This document shows positions 31,446-44,667 of a DNA stretch of 57,468 bases, one piece after another. Where the stretch lies: NCBI GenBank assembly GCA_000934665.2, contig JYFJ02002402.1:1-57468 (forward strand), in the 5' to 3' direction. Within the stretch, counting starts at the first letter, position 1, and every line of letters starts with the position of its first letter. The position numbers were made by a program, and so were the translations under genes. The notes below the pieces were generated by a model. It had not been told where the DNA came from. It ran no database searches and saw only the letters and a program-made list of their open reading frames with translations. This DNA comes from Catajapyx aquilonaris (lineage: Eukaryota).

Positions 31446-32372
31446 GTCTGGAAAGTGGAGACCACAGTGGGGATGTTAGGAATGCATATCATCAGGGATT
31501 GCTGATTTTATAAACAAGTAATCCGTGACGTAATATCCACCAGCCTCACACCTTTGACTGAGGGCCCAATGGTCAACGTGACGTCAACTAGCCACAAGCA
31601 AGAGGAACCAACCTCCACTCTCTACTGCCACACAATGGGCAGCTTCCCATCATGTCACCTAGAGGACTAGTTCATTACCTTTACCTGACAATTAAGCCAC
31701 ACACAGAAAAATATATTGGTCGAGTACTATTTTGATTGCTAAAAACCATTGGCACTTTGAATCGAACCCTATCGCTATCTTTCGGAACGTAATGTATAAC
31801 CTGCAGTATTAATGATTTGTTGTGAGGCAAAGACTGCCAGACACGTGCCTTGAGTGGCTGGATTGTAATGCTATTCAGGAAGGGTACAAACTTCAATATC
31901 AAAAGGGGCTGTGCATGTCAGTATAAAATGGCAGAAAATTCAAAACATCCCAAATCAAGGCCAACTGAGTTTCGGAAATGCAAGAAATGCATGAAATTTT
32001 GAAAAGTGGTAGGTTCTATACATTCTCATATGTACGTCGACAATATATTGGTACTGCATATATTTTTATTACCTTTGGATGGTCTGTTGAATTAACCCAG
32101 TAAGTTTTGGCACATCCTTCATTGATGCAATCTTTCTATACCTATAAAACGTAGCGCATGCTACCTGCAGTATTTGCCTAAATGTGGTCCTTAGTCATCA
32201 ACAATTCTGCACCTACATACTCCTCCACTTATTTCTTCCTCCAAGTGTCTAATAATGTTACTTTTGCACAAAACCTGTATGCTGATCATTCAGCATCTCC
32301 TGTCTGTATAGTATTGCTTCATAGTATTTAAGAGATATGTTGCCATAAAACTGCATGGGGGCTACTCAACTA

Positions 32373-32569
32373 CAGGGTGCTGATAGTCTGAACCCATAGG
32401 AGTTTCTCATATTACAGTGTTGTAGTAAATGGTTACTACGTAACCTAGTAATAGTGGCTGATTGTGTAAACTTCTTGTTGTACAACGTCACTATGGTTAC
32501 GGTAACCATTTACTACAACCCTGTAATATGAGAAACTGATATGGACCCAGACATATTCAGGACACCTTG
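32373..32569. mobile_element. Foldback Tc1-type MITE
   Basis: TA|CAGGGTG...CACCTTG|TA with inner arms AGTTTCTCATATTACAGTGTTGTAGTAAATGGTTAC / GTAACCATTTACTACAACCCTGTAATATGAGAAACT. Confidence 0.7.
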
Positions 32570-33065
32570 TATAACTACGCCAATCCTAAGAGATGTAGAT
32601 TAAAGTAATTTTGATCGGCCTCCAAACACCTACCCACTGAAGGCCGAATTGGTCTTTCCCAACATGCTTGCCATTATTTCAGTTGTAAAGCTTAAATGGG
32701 ATACCTACCTGCACCTTCAAATGTGGAGAAGTAGAGTGTCCAGAGGTTCCTTTGTATTCATCCTGAAAACACCACTCATACATATACCTAAATGCAATGT
32801 CATTTCTGTATGAAACAACCACGTATATTTTTGTAAAGGTGGCTCACCAGTTTCCATGTTATCAGTGCAATAAAATCTTATGAAATCAAGTTTTTGTACA
32901 TTCCCCCTCATTATCAATGGCCTGTGCATAATGCAAACCAAATCATATCACATCATGGACAGTATGACCACCCATGACATATCATTGAACTGTCTTGCTT
33001 AGGTGAATTCTATGCCAAGTCACTACCGTACGATATCAAGTGTAACATGGTGGTTCAGATACATA

Positions 33066-33678
33066 CGGAATTGTCGTAGTACTACTAGTTACTTCTACCT
33101 TAGTAGTATGACGAAAATTCCACCCATAATTTTAAAAAGCCATCACAGTTCTCAAACAACACATTGGGCCACTATCTACTATGAAATAGGCTGGGAGCAT
33201 AGTCATAGGGCGCAAAATTTAAGCAAAATTTATTGGGCAATTTTTTGAAAGTTCAATTTTTAATACTGAATCCACAATTGTATTGCTTATTTGATCAGTT
33301 TTTTAAAATGTTATGGCTTCCCTAAATTTATAGTGGCCTCATCCTAGCTACAACCATGTTGAATACTGGAATCTTTTGTAGTTGCTGCTAACTTAGCAGT
33401 ACCAGTGTTGGTTATAGTTACTACTAACTTTTAGCAGTCACTATAACCAACACTGGTACTGCTAAGTTAGCAGCAACTACAAAAGATTCCACATTTTGGC
33501 AATAACTGGAGACTAGGCCTGGAGTCACAGTGTGTAAGCTACACCCATAGCATAGCCGTGTTGTGGAGCTGTAGGGCCTTTCAGAGCCCATTATGTTCCT
33601 TACCCAGTCACACATGGAATTTTCGTCCTAGTTACTGCTAACTTAGCAGTAACTAGCAATGGAACGAACATTCCACCC
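33066..33678. mobile_element. Three further short copies of the GGAATT/TGCTAACTTAGCAGT MITE family (33066-33125, 33368-33490 palindrome, 33615-33678)
   Basis: Shared ACTGCTAACTTAGCAGT(ACCAGTGTTGG) core and (A)ATTCCACCC ends. Confidence 0.7.
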
Positions 33679-33699
33679 ATTCTGTCCCATTTACGCTCA

Positions 33700-34810
33700 T
33701 GTTTGGGCTCGTTGGGCAGCCATAATTAGGCACCGACATGGACCCCAAGTCTCCATAAACATTCTAGGCCTAGCGTCTCTTAACCCGCCTACCTTTGCGA
33801 TGCCGGCTGCACACTCAAAGCGGCGGATATGGTTGGATTCGGGGGGATCACGCCCACAAAGCCAGCGGGAACGCGGCACCAGTTCAACACCCTGAAGGTA
33901 CACCAGACAGAAGCGTAGTTGTACATGTACGAGCAGCCTAACAGTTCGACCTACGAGGCCTACTCGCAATATGGCGTCCCCAAACTTGGCCGCCAGATGA
34001 CACCACAATGCGCACGGCACTGCGCAACTAATCACACTGCGCATGCGCGTACTTTACCAGTACTGCCAACGTGCAAAATGCAATTAACTTGTAACTAACG
34101 CGCACTGACATTTGACCTTGACGCCGCAACTGTGCCAAAATGTAGGGCTAAGAGCTTTTTCTCAGGTAATGAGAGAGGCTACACCATCTAATGCCGATGT
34201 AATGCCGATGTAATATGACGCTAAGCAGCCATACTTCCAACTGACGTCACCAGTTGGAAACCAACAGGCCAATCCCCTTTCCCCGTGATGTCTCTGCCCA
34301 ATCCCCAGCCAGCAATGATAGCTGAACCCACAGCTTTTCCTTCAACGCATCTCACCTCTGGGCACAGCTTCAGCTCACCAGCACAGCTCCAGATGAGACG
34401 TGGCTTGCGAAGCTGGCTTCAAAAAATGAGATCGACGTGAAAACCACGCGAAGATGGAGGAGCTTACCTAGTGGAAAAACATGGAGGGGGGGTGTTGTTA
34501 GTCAAAGGTTGCCAGATCCAAGTTGAGGAAATGACGAGAGAGAAGGGGGGGGAGATATATGCAACGTGACCTAGTTTCATGAGCTGGATGTTGGTGGCGC
34601 GGTTTGCGTGGGAAGACATGTTTATTATTATTATAGATACGGACGGAGAGGGGGAGAAATGTTCAGGGTTTGAAAAGCTTCAAGTTAGATTTTATGAATC
34701 GGAATTTTGATATTAGAATATTCAGATTGAGCCCGATTGTGGCAGTTCGGCCATTCTCAACAGCCATTAGTCTGAGCTAGGTTGGGCGCATATGGCGGCC
34801 ATTTTTGGTC
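33700..34810. promoter_or_regulatory. CpG-rich putative promoter of the zinc-finger gene
   Basis: NRF1/Ewg-like TGCGCATGCGC (34038-34048), YY1-like ATATGGCG (33970, 34790), CRE TGACGTCA (34242), and local CpG enrichment. Confidence 0.5.
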
Positions 34811-35925
34811 CATCAGCTGGAGGGCAATTTGATAACAATAAGGTTGTTAAAAAAAAATGATAATGTAGGCTAATGCTATTATGTTTTTATGAAAATTGGC
34901 GTGATTACTTAGACATCTACATACAGAGTGTGAATGGAAATAAGTGCGCATATTTTGAGGAACGATAGAATGACTATAAAAGGGAACATTTGGGGGGGTA
35001 ACCTATACCCTTAGTTGATTCTCACCCGATTACCAGTTACACTTTTGTTAGGGCAGATGGTTACAATTACAGTTGTTACTTGAAAGATATAACAAGAGCA
35101 GCTATTATAGCTCTTGTTATTATTTAGGTTACTGAACAAATAGGAACAGTTCAGTTGATTTTCTGATATGCATAGACTGCAAGCATCATGTCAAATTTTT
35201 TTTAGAGCACTGAACTTCAAAATAAGCTAAATCAAAAGTTTTTTTTTTTTTTCATGATGAGGTTGACATCATTAATGATGATTGAAGAGGAAATGACAAT
35301 GATAATAACAGAGAGAGAGGTTGGGTTATTATTTACTGAAAGGTGGTAAAGTCCTCATTGGAGTGGTCATTGGCCACATACCCTATCGTTGTGTGTGATG
35401 GGCCCAATAAATCGTCCTATGCGTCTCTCTATACCTCACAATGGATCGAAAATGTCTACCTAAAACGACCGGTTTTCTAGCTGGTTCAAACCCCAACTCG
35501 ATCCATATTTTTCTCTCCCCCCCACCACCAGCTCTCTCTGCTGCTGCGAGTGCTGCCCCCCCTCTTCCTTTTCCCCCCCTCCAGAAGAGCTGTAATCTTT
35601 TTCTCTCCCTGGGGCTGCTGCTGCCTTCCCAACAAGTATGGCCCCTTCTTGCTGATCTCCCTCCCAGGTCTTATCCTGCCTACCACACAACACTGGTAAG
35701 CTTGGCATGGTGCGGAGGATTTAGAGGGAAAGAGAGGGGTCCAGACACACATGAGGGAGACTGAGGAGGAGGAGGAGGAATCAGCCTGGGCAAAGAGCGA
35801 GTATCTGGCCAGGCCTAGCAACATTGGTCTAGGCCCTTTGACACAGGGGGTCACTCTCTTTGCACAGGTCAGTATGACACAGGAGGAGACTAAGTGAGGG
35901 TTCCAACTGACGGACTGTGTTTCAG

Positions 35926-38385
35926 GGGATGATTGTTGCCGTGTGAAGCTGGCGGAGACTGCCACCAGGCCGTCGGAGGAGGAGGACGAGGAGGAAGAGG
36001 AGGACGATGGAGGGGACGCCATGCAGGTCGACACAGGTAATCACATTTTACTCCTGGCAGCGTAGTAGATTCATGCGTACATCGGATACGTACCAGCAGC
36101 TCTTGGTACCAGTAAGGTACGCAAGTCTCACAGTTCATGTTTAGCTGGTAGTACAAACGATACGTCCTAATCATGGCGAAGGTCTGACTAAGTCATTTCC
36201 TATAAGTAAGAGTCACAGCGTGGCAGTGAATGTGTCTCGATAATGGACATTATAAATAGCAAGATTTTGCATTTGTTTTGACTGTGAATCTATGAAGTTC
36301 GTTTGTAGATTGTGTCCTCTATCCGTGTGAACTGTTGAAGTGGTTAAAAAGGGGGGCATGTAAACTTACCTTGAAACTGGGGTTCATTCAGAGGGAATGT
36401 GATAACTGATAAACTTATGAATTGTGGGTTCAAGGTGAGTTGGATTTACCAATCCTTTCGTTTACACGGCCTGTGAATGCCTGATATGCAGGTGGATTTT
36501 GAGTTAATTGTCCCATGCATGAGTGCTTCTTAATTAACAACACACCTTTTATGTGCTAGTGGGTCAGTAAGGCATTTGAAAATGTAGGAGTTGTAATGAC
36601 GATACATTAAAGGTATGCCGGATCTGAATTTTATCTAAAATGTTGGATAGGTTTTTGCGATTTTATAACCAGCCAAAAGTTTATTCTAGCTGTTGTTTTT
36701 CAATATTTTTCCAGATTGTCGTTTGTCCCTGCATTGCTGTGAATGCTCAAAGAGCTTTGGGTCAGCAGCCCTTCTCCTGAAGCATTTCTCGGCGCATGTG
36801 GCCTCTTCCACAGCGGCAAAGAAGCGGCCATCCTCCTCCTCCTGGTCCTCCCCGTCATCGCCAGAGTCAGCCTCCTCCCCTGCCACCACTGCCACAGCCC
36901 CCCAGCCAAAGCAGTATCCAGGCTTCCGCACTCAACTGCAGAGGCTGGCGAATGGGAGTGCCAAAGAGGTGCGGAGGCGACGCAGAAGACGCCGGAGGAG
37001 GTGGAGGTTCCTGCCGGACGCACCTGACGAGGGAGCCACAGCTAAGGGAGACACAGACAGCGACAGTTCCTCTGAAGACAGTCCGGAAGATAGTATACTT
37101 CAATCAGCACTGACTCAATCGCCCCCGCCACCTACACTGTCACCACCACACGAGCCCACGTCACCAACCCGCAAGGGAAACATGGGTCTGATAGTGCTGA
37201 AACTAGACCTTCACGAAAGAGTGAGATCGTGTGTGCCGAAACTGGTCCTGCCTGGAAACTCGGACTCAAAGAAGATGGTGTTGTGTAATCCAGGGCAGAA
37301 GCTGCTTCCTGGGGACTTGGTTACTATCACCACCTCACCAGACAAGATGCCGGAGGTCAAGATGCTGCTGCCTGCCAGTGAGGTTAAACCTAAGCGGGAT
37401 GATGAAGATGACTTCGATCCTTCCAAATTTTGCCAGGTAAGAATTTATTTGATATTGAACCACTATTTTTCGCGGATACACCTAAACCGTGACCATTTTG
37501 TTACTTGTAATTATAAATCATGTGGTAGAAGCAGGAAGTGTAATCTAAACTTGTAGATATGCCCCGACTAACAGCATATCTCTTCACATAAAAAGTGTTA
37601 TGATTTGTCATTAGTGCGCAATAGAAATTGTTGCAACGGATGGATGTGTTTAGAACTATGAATTGTGGATTGTTTCAGGTGACCCTAGAAGAAGGCGAGG
37701 GTCGACTAGAACTGGGAGACTCCCCACAGTCTCCTCCGTCTTCACCTGAGTCACCACCACCATCAGTGAAGAAGCTGGTGAATCACAAGGTGACAGCAAA
37801 TGGACTTGGCCCGCAGCTTCAGCAACAGCAGCAGAAGAAGTATGTTTGTACCTACTGCCACAAACGATTCGGTTGGTCAACTGACCTAAAGCGGCACATA
37901 TTGACGCACACTGGAGAGAGACCGTTTGTGTGCCGTGTATGTGGAGCCGACTTCACTAGGAACTTCCTGCTCCAGAAGCACACAGCTAGAGTGCATCCTG
38001 GGGCATGGGTTGATGGATCTTCAGCGTCATCTGTCACCACCACACCTACCAAGGGGTCTACTGCCAATGACAACAGGTAGGCAGGAGTCCGTATGGCAAG
38101 TTTTTGTAAGGTCGGACATCTCCAACTGATTCCCGTGTTTATTTTGTTAGTCGTGCTTCCCCGAAGAAAGTCCAGCCAGCCGCTGTTGGAAGTAGTTCTG
38201 CAGGCGGCAGTGGCGGTGGCAGTAGCAATGGCAGTAGCAGCTTGGGTGTGCGGAAGAAGCTCATACTAAAGCTGAAACCTAGGTCGTCTGGCCCAGGTTC
38301 AGCTTTAGTGTGGAATGGAAATGGGAAGAAGAGAGGAGTTCTGCCCAGGAGTAGGCTCGTTTGGAAGGCAGAGTCAGGGACTTAG
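35926..38385 (+). CDS. C2H2 zinc-finger protein (one N-terminal finger plus a tandem C-terminal pair); exons 35926-36036, 36715-37436, 37679-38076, 38151-38385; start uncertain (ATG 36021 or an upstream exon such as 35668-35695)
   Basis: CCECSKSFGSAALLLKHFSAH and YVCTYCHKRFGWSTDLKRHILTHTGERPFVCRVCGADFTRNFLLQKHTARVH with a canonical TGERPF linker; GT-AG introns in consistent phases (1,0,2); stop TAG at 38383-38385. Confidence 0.85.
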
Positions 38386-41300
38386 ATTTCACGTGACAAG
38401 GAGATTACGATAATAATATTTAAAATGGAAATTTGGAAGCCTGGGCAGGACCCTAGGGCAGAAAATTATTTGGGACTGATTTTCTGGGGAGGTGACGCCA
38501 TGCATTGTTTATTTCATCCTGATGCTTTCAGTTATTTTTTTACTTTTTTTTTTTTGGCATTGGAAAGTCAGCTCTTGCTCAAATAACGAGCTGTATAACA
38601 GTATTTTTGGTTTCGATTGGTATTTTTTATTGGTGTATCAGTATTTCCTACGGATTTTTGTTCTAAAGAAAGTCACAGTCATGTGTTACTAACAGCACTG
38701 GAGTAAGCAAATCCATAAAGTAAGTGACGCTGGATTCTAAGATGATGTGCAAGTCAAAAAGGGTTGATGACCACTGCATGATGGTGTTGTTCTCCTACCT
38801 TTATAGTGCACACTTATTTCATGGTCACTGTGTCCGAAACATTAGCATAATGTAACAGCCTAGTGAAAGATCTGTTCCATGCATCAAGGTGCTTGTGTCG
38901 AGCATTCAAAAACAGCAGCAAAAGAAGAGCGTATTGATTGGAGGCTGTCCGTTTTAAAACCTATTTACGACCCAGTGCATTACAATTACTCGGAAAAGCT
39001 GGACGAAGGCCATTGAAGCAACAGTTTGAGATGTTGCATTTTCCACAAGCAACTTGGTGTGTGAAACCATTCGAATAGGCTGACTGCACCTGGTTGTTGT
39101 ACACCTTTTATTTATTCATCTCTATTTTTTTGAAGTATTAAAAAAAAGGGGGGGGCATGTGAAAACATAACCAACGTAATTTGAAGAGACAATAGTCACC
39201 TCTCCCTTCTCAGACGGAAAAGGAAAATTATTATAATTCAAATTCCACGCTGAAAATCTTTGGAAGGGTAAATATATTTTTTTGCTTCTTTCCCTAAACT
39301 AGTGCTACTGAATAACGAATACAAGTCAAAAAAAAAGACAAAAGAGTGCACATGAGAAACAGTGAGTCAAGACAAAAGTTATGGAGTTTAAACCTTCTTC
39401 AAGAAAGTGCAAAAAACAGGAAAGAAGAGGACAAGGCTTAAGAAATTACGAGAACGTAACAAGTTGGAAGAGGTGCGATTTCTTTCTTTCTTTTTGGTGG
39501 TAGCAGTCAAAACTCGTCAGTATTTCCTAGCAAAAAACAAAGAAAAGAAAAAAAAAAAAGGAGTCGAGTATTCTGTTGTATAAATAATCCTTCGAAGTAT
39601 CCTTCCCGATATTGAAAAGTGAATGGGTAACAACCTCAAGTTTTTATTTTTAATTCCTGTGTTAAGTTAAGTATATATTATTATTTTTTTGGCACAGTAT
39701 TTTGAAACTAGTCTAATCCCCCTCCATCTAATTGTACAGGGATTTTATGTTGACATTGTAATTATGTTGCTGCAGTTTTTTTTAGAGTTTAATTTGTTTT
39801 GTTTGTGATTATTATTTTTTTTTGACCCTCTATTGGGTGCCATGGGCCAAAAAAAAAACTAATTTCTTTTCATTGTAGACATAACTCCATGACCAACTTA
39901 CACTTTCATATATATTTTTTTCCCCTCTCTCTCTCCAAACCAAATTTTCCCGTGAAATCAAATTTTCATCCCACTTTTTTTTGATTTCTCTTGTGTTGTG
40001 TAGATAGTTTGATGTACAAAATGTTTTTTGAGTTATTTATTATTCAGGAGATGTAGTGGCGTTGGTGAAGAAAAAAAAAATGATAAAGGAATTTGATACC
40101 GGTGGGTTGCATGAAAAAAAGAAAACGACAAAGTACTTTTTTTTTTTTCGGAAGCGATAGTGCAATACAAGTCTGGGGGCTAAGTTGGGTGGAGTTTCAG
40201 ACTTATTATTATTATTATTATTTTTTTTCCTGTATGTGTACATTAGGCAATTATGTTTATAGTTTGTACATAACATATTTTTTGACATGCGACTTATTTC
40301 CACATGCATGAATTTACTGTGTTGAAAATTTTCCAGTATTGAATTAAAAGTGAATTAGCTTTTAGTATTGATCACCTGAGTTCAGGTGACAGTATTATGG
40401 TTTTTTTTAAAGAACAATTAGTCATGTGTGTTCAGTGTTTTTGTAAACATTATACTGGTTCAGCTTAACCAATGAAGTCACATGGGTCTGTAAATAATGT
40501 TTTTTTTTTTTAGATGGACGTGCTGGAATCCTTGCACTGGAAAAACTCTGAAACTTCACCCCGACTTTTATTCGGTTGTCTTTTGTTATTTTTGGTGTAG
40601 GAAAAGCGTTTTAAAAAAAAAAAAGGTCAGTGGTTTGGAAACTGGTGGGTTTCATAAGTGGTGGTTTTGTCGTCTGGTCTCTTTTCAACCACGTGTTTTT
40701 AAGTGTGGATAGACTTGCTCTATTTCTATTTATAAAGGAGTGGGCCTAAGGCAAGGAAGGCTTTTGAAAGAAGAAGTAAAGAAAAAAAAAGATGTAATGG
40801 GTCTTTTTTTGATCTCGACAGGTACGTGTCGTAATGACATTACCTACACTGGTTTGAGCCGGAGACAAGTGTAATGAGCTTGTTAAAAGTATTGTCCCCA
40901 CCCCCTGAAGTCTTGAGTATCTTTTTTCTGCATTGTAATTGAGTGAATGTGTGGTTTTATCCAGGTGAGAAAGTGAGGAGTGCAGTGAAGAATATTGAAA
41001 ATAATGAAAAAAGAAAAAAAGTATTACCAAGATGATTTGTTTTTTTTCTTACACAAATTAACCCAATTTTTCAGCTGGGACAAGGCTATACTGCAACGTC
41101 GGAAATCACGTTTGACAAACCCGGACTTGTTCCGGGCCCAAGAAAACTCGGACTCTGGCCTTACTCCGGCTAACGTCGAGGGATAAAACACAATAACAAC
41201 ACATGTTGTAGCATATAAGAACTTTAACATTGGTGTTTTTTAAATCATGATTGACAATCTCTCTCTCAATAATTCTACAAACACTTTTTTTTTAGTTTTT

Positions 41301-41485
41301 TTTTGGGAAGAGGCTTTTAAGAAATTGTGCCTCCTCCACAAAAATAAAAATACAATACAAATAATTCTGACAGTTTTTTTTTTTTTTTGGGAAGGACATT
41401 TCCCAAATGTCTCCAAGAAGCCCCCGAAGAATCAGCTAATGTCGGCTTCCAGGTCTGTTGCTGCCGCTGGACATTCTGCTCGACA

Positions 41486-44400
41486 TCACCGCCTCTTTCC
41501 GCTTCCTCCTTCTGCGCTTCTTCGAGTGATAAATTGCGTCAAGGAAAATCAACTTGTCTTCCATTTCCAATGGTCCCTGTTCCGTAGCAAAAGGATATTG
41601 TTTTTCACGCAAGTCGGCACGGTCGTGTGATCTGTCACGCTCGCGTTGTCTCTCCTTCTCTCGGTAGTGGAGGCTTGGTGATTTTTCCTGCAGAAATAAT
41701 AAACATTTTACTATCGGTATTTGGAATAGTGGAGCAGTCGTGGTAGTATTTTCTGGCAGATGGCGAGTCGATTAAAAAAAGTACTTCCCCCAAAAGTGTC
41801 GACATAATTGTAACATGTTGGAATGATCGCCTCGGCCAAAAAACAACCCCACAATGTGCCAACAGAATGATACATACCCTCACGTAATGATGCTTATCTC
41901 GGTGCTCCGGGGGTTCCCCGTTGGCGTGCATTGGCATGTGCCGAGCGAAATTCACTGTAACGAGGGAGATGCCATGTCAATGCTTTGGAACACAGTCAGA
42001 AGTTTTCCATAGGTCGGTTACACAATACAGGAAACTGCCTGTAAAAGGTACATTGTACTTGACACTTACTACGCTCCTCTTCCTTCTTTCGCTTCAGCTC
42101 CAAGCTTGTTGGTGACTCTTCCAAGCGTTCCTGTGTTAGGTAGGTGGGGGATGTGCAGGTGGTGGTGGTGGTGGTGAAGAGGAAGCAAAACTGTTAGGCA
42201 TGATAATGACTGGTGATGTCCAATTGAATTATTAAAATTCCACTGTGTGGGGAAGGAAATGGCTAAGTCGCTAAAATTTAAAGCAATTTTCCAAGCGCGC
42301 ACTGGATTTTAATTACTCGTAAAATAATTTGGCATCAGGCAAGCGATTGCACATATAGCGTACACCAGACAATGCATTTGACGAACAGTGCTCCTTAGCT
42401 CATTTCCTGTGACACAACCAATAACACCCTTTGGATCAACAACTGTGACCCAAATCCGCACCCTCTTTCTTTCCAGCTTCTTCTCCTTCTTCTCCTCCCT
42501 CAGCTTCTCCTTGCTCTTGGCCCTCTTCTCTTTTCTTTCCGCCTTTTCCGCCGCCAACCTGTCAGCCTCCGCATCAAGCGACAAGTCAAGGTCCCTAGCG
42601 TCTCCTCTGGTACGCTTTAAATCATCATTCTGGAAGATACAATATAAATGGGGACCGCCCAACGCTTATTAAGTACATCCAAGCCACGGACATGTGCTCC
42701 CCCTCCTTCCCTGCTGGCCTACATGTTTTTTAAAATATAAAAAGCCAATCCAAATAATAACCCTTTTGTCCCCCCCAAATTTTGCCTATACAACACACAC
42801 CAAATGGATTATTGTCATAAGTCCAAGCATCATTGCCAGTAAAAAAATTTCAGAGTATACTACTTGTCAAATCATTTGCAGTGATGTTAAGACAAAGCAA
42901 CATTAAAGAAACGATTTGAGATGGTTATGGCTAACATCACAAATGAGGTACCGTTATTAATAATTTTGTCGAATTTTCCTTTAAAGATGGGCGTTAAATA
43001 CATCACACAATGCCAATGGAAATATTTAAAATTGAGGAATCTCATTGAATTAATGTGTTCCTTGACTGTACTCCGTAACACATACCAACCTGTCTTTCCA
43101 CGACTAATGTTCATGTTTCAATCAGTTCTAACGTCCAGATAATCAGCATTACTCCCTGATGGTTGGAATTTTGTGTTCAGATATTGGGCTACTTCTGTCA
43201 AATGTACGTGAAATTAACACTGGCAGTCAATGAACACACCGGCCACCAATTAATTGCCAACCATTTTCCGTAACGCCTTTAAAAAAAAAAAGCATTACAG
43301 AAGGTTGTAAACACAAACACTGGCAATGAAGCTTGTCCGTGCCAAAAAAAGAGAATAAAACATTAAACCCCATAATTCACCCCCTCTAAACCGGGCCAAC
43401 CTTACCCTAGACCTCTGGTACCAGTATGATGCCACGGTTCTCACACCCTGGTTCGTGGCCACCTTATGGTATGCAGCAGAGACACACACCGGGGGAAGAG
43501 GACCACCAACCACCCCCATCGCTTTCACCGCCATAGACTTGTCGCCTTCCCCCATCTCTCTCAGGAGCAGAAGAGCAAAGAAGAAGCAGATTTTCGGATT
43601 GTGTAGGGGGAGAAACATGGACGGATCTTCTTCAGAGTTGAAAACCGCTTCCAGACGTGTCGAGGGGGGCATCCAGCAGGAATCACCGGAAGGTGCAGAC
43701 GTTGGGTGCCAGGTTTACAAAAAGCAGTGGAAGACCAATGAATGAAGGCAGTGGGTGCGGATCCCACATTCAGTCCGACTTATTAAGGCCATATTTTTTC
43801 AGCACTCCTCACCAATGCACTGCTGCATCTTCCAGTCTTCTCTTTCTCTCAAGATTAATTTCCAGTCCATCTCACTGAACCCGAAATGTGAGATTTCTCT
43901 CTCTCTTTATATGACCCGCATTCTCGACTAATTGCCACTAAAACCCGTAAACACGCAACTGCATTTTTTTTTTCCAGCGCTTTTTTTAAAAGCAAAGAAA
44001 CTGCAAACTAGCTATTGCCTTTAAAATCTTCCAGCATCTGGTTCGGCTAATTCTGGACTCGACCTCCATATTCACACACTGTAACCAGGGGGCGCCAGCT
44101 CCTCCGCATTTTCCTGTAACTTCCATGATTCGGCATATATTTTTCCTGAGACTCGCTTCTCGCTCTCTCCATTCCCTCAGACCAATTTTGCATATTCCTC
44201 ACCATCTCCTCACTTCAGACTCTCCAGTATTCCTCACCATCCATACATTTCCACCATCCTCCTGACATCTGCCATGATTTCGGTCTGAAGATATCCCCTG
44301 ATTTTCAGAATATTTTTCCCAAGTAGAAGGAGTAGTAGTAGTAGTAGAAGCGTAGGACCCCTCCACCTCTTTCTCATCATCAACTAAAGCCAGTCGCGTT

Positions 44401-44612
44401 GGGGGTGGTCGAACATTCAATCGGTTGGCACATTACGCGAAGTGTGGCTTAGAGTGGTTGGTTTTTTGTGGGGGGCTTTTACGACACCCGGATACTAACC
44501 TTCGATGAACCAGCTTGCTCAAGTTTACGCCGTTTGATGTCTGAAAAAGAACCAGAAAGAATAGACGTCAGCATATCTGACAGTGAGAGAGATTGTGCTG
44601 TACACAACTGCA

Positions 44613-44667
<55 letters not shown>

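Noticed and set aside
41436..41687. Single uninterrupted THOC2 last exon ending at TAG 41436
   Set aside because: It contains a perfect U12 donor, branch and AC acceptor; treated as the intron-retained isoform rather than the main one.
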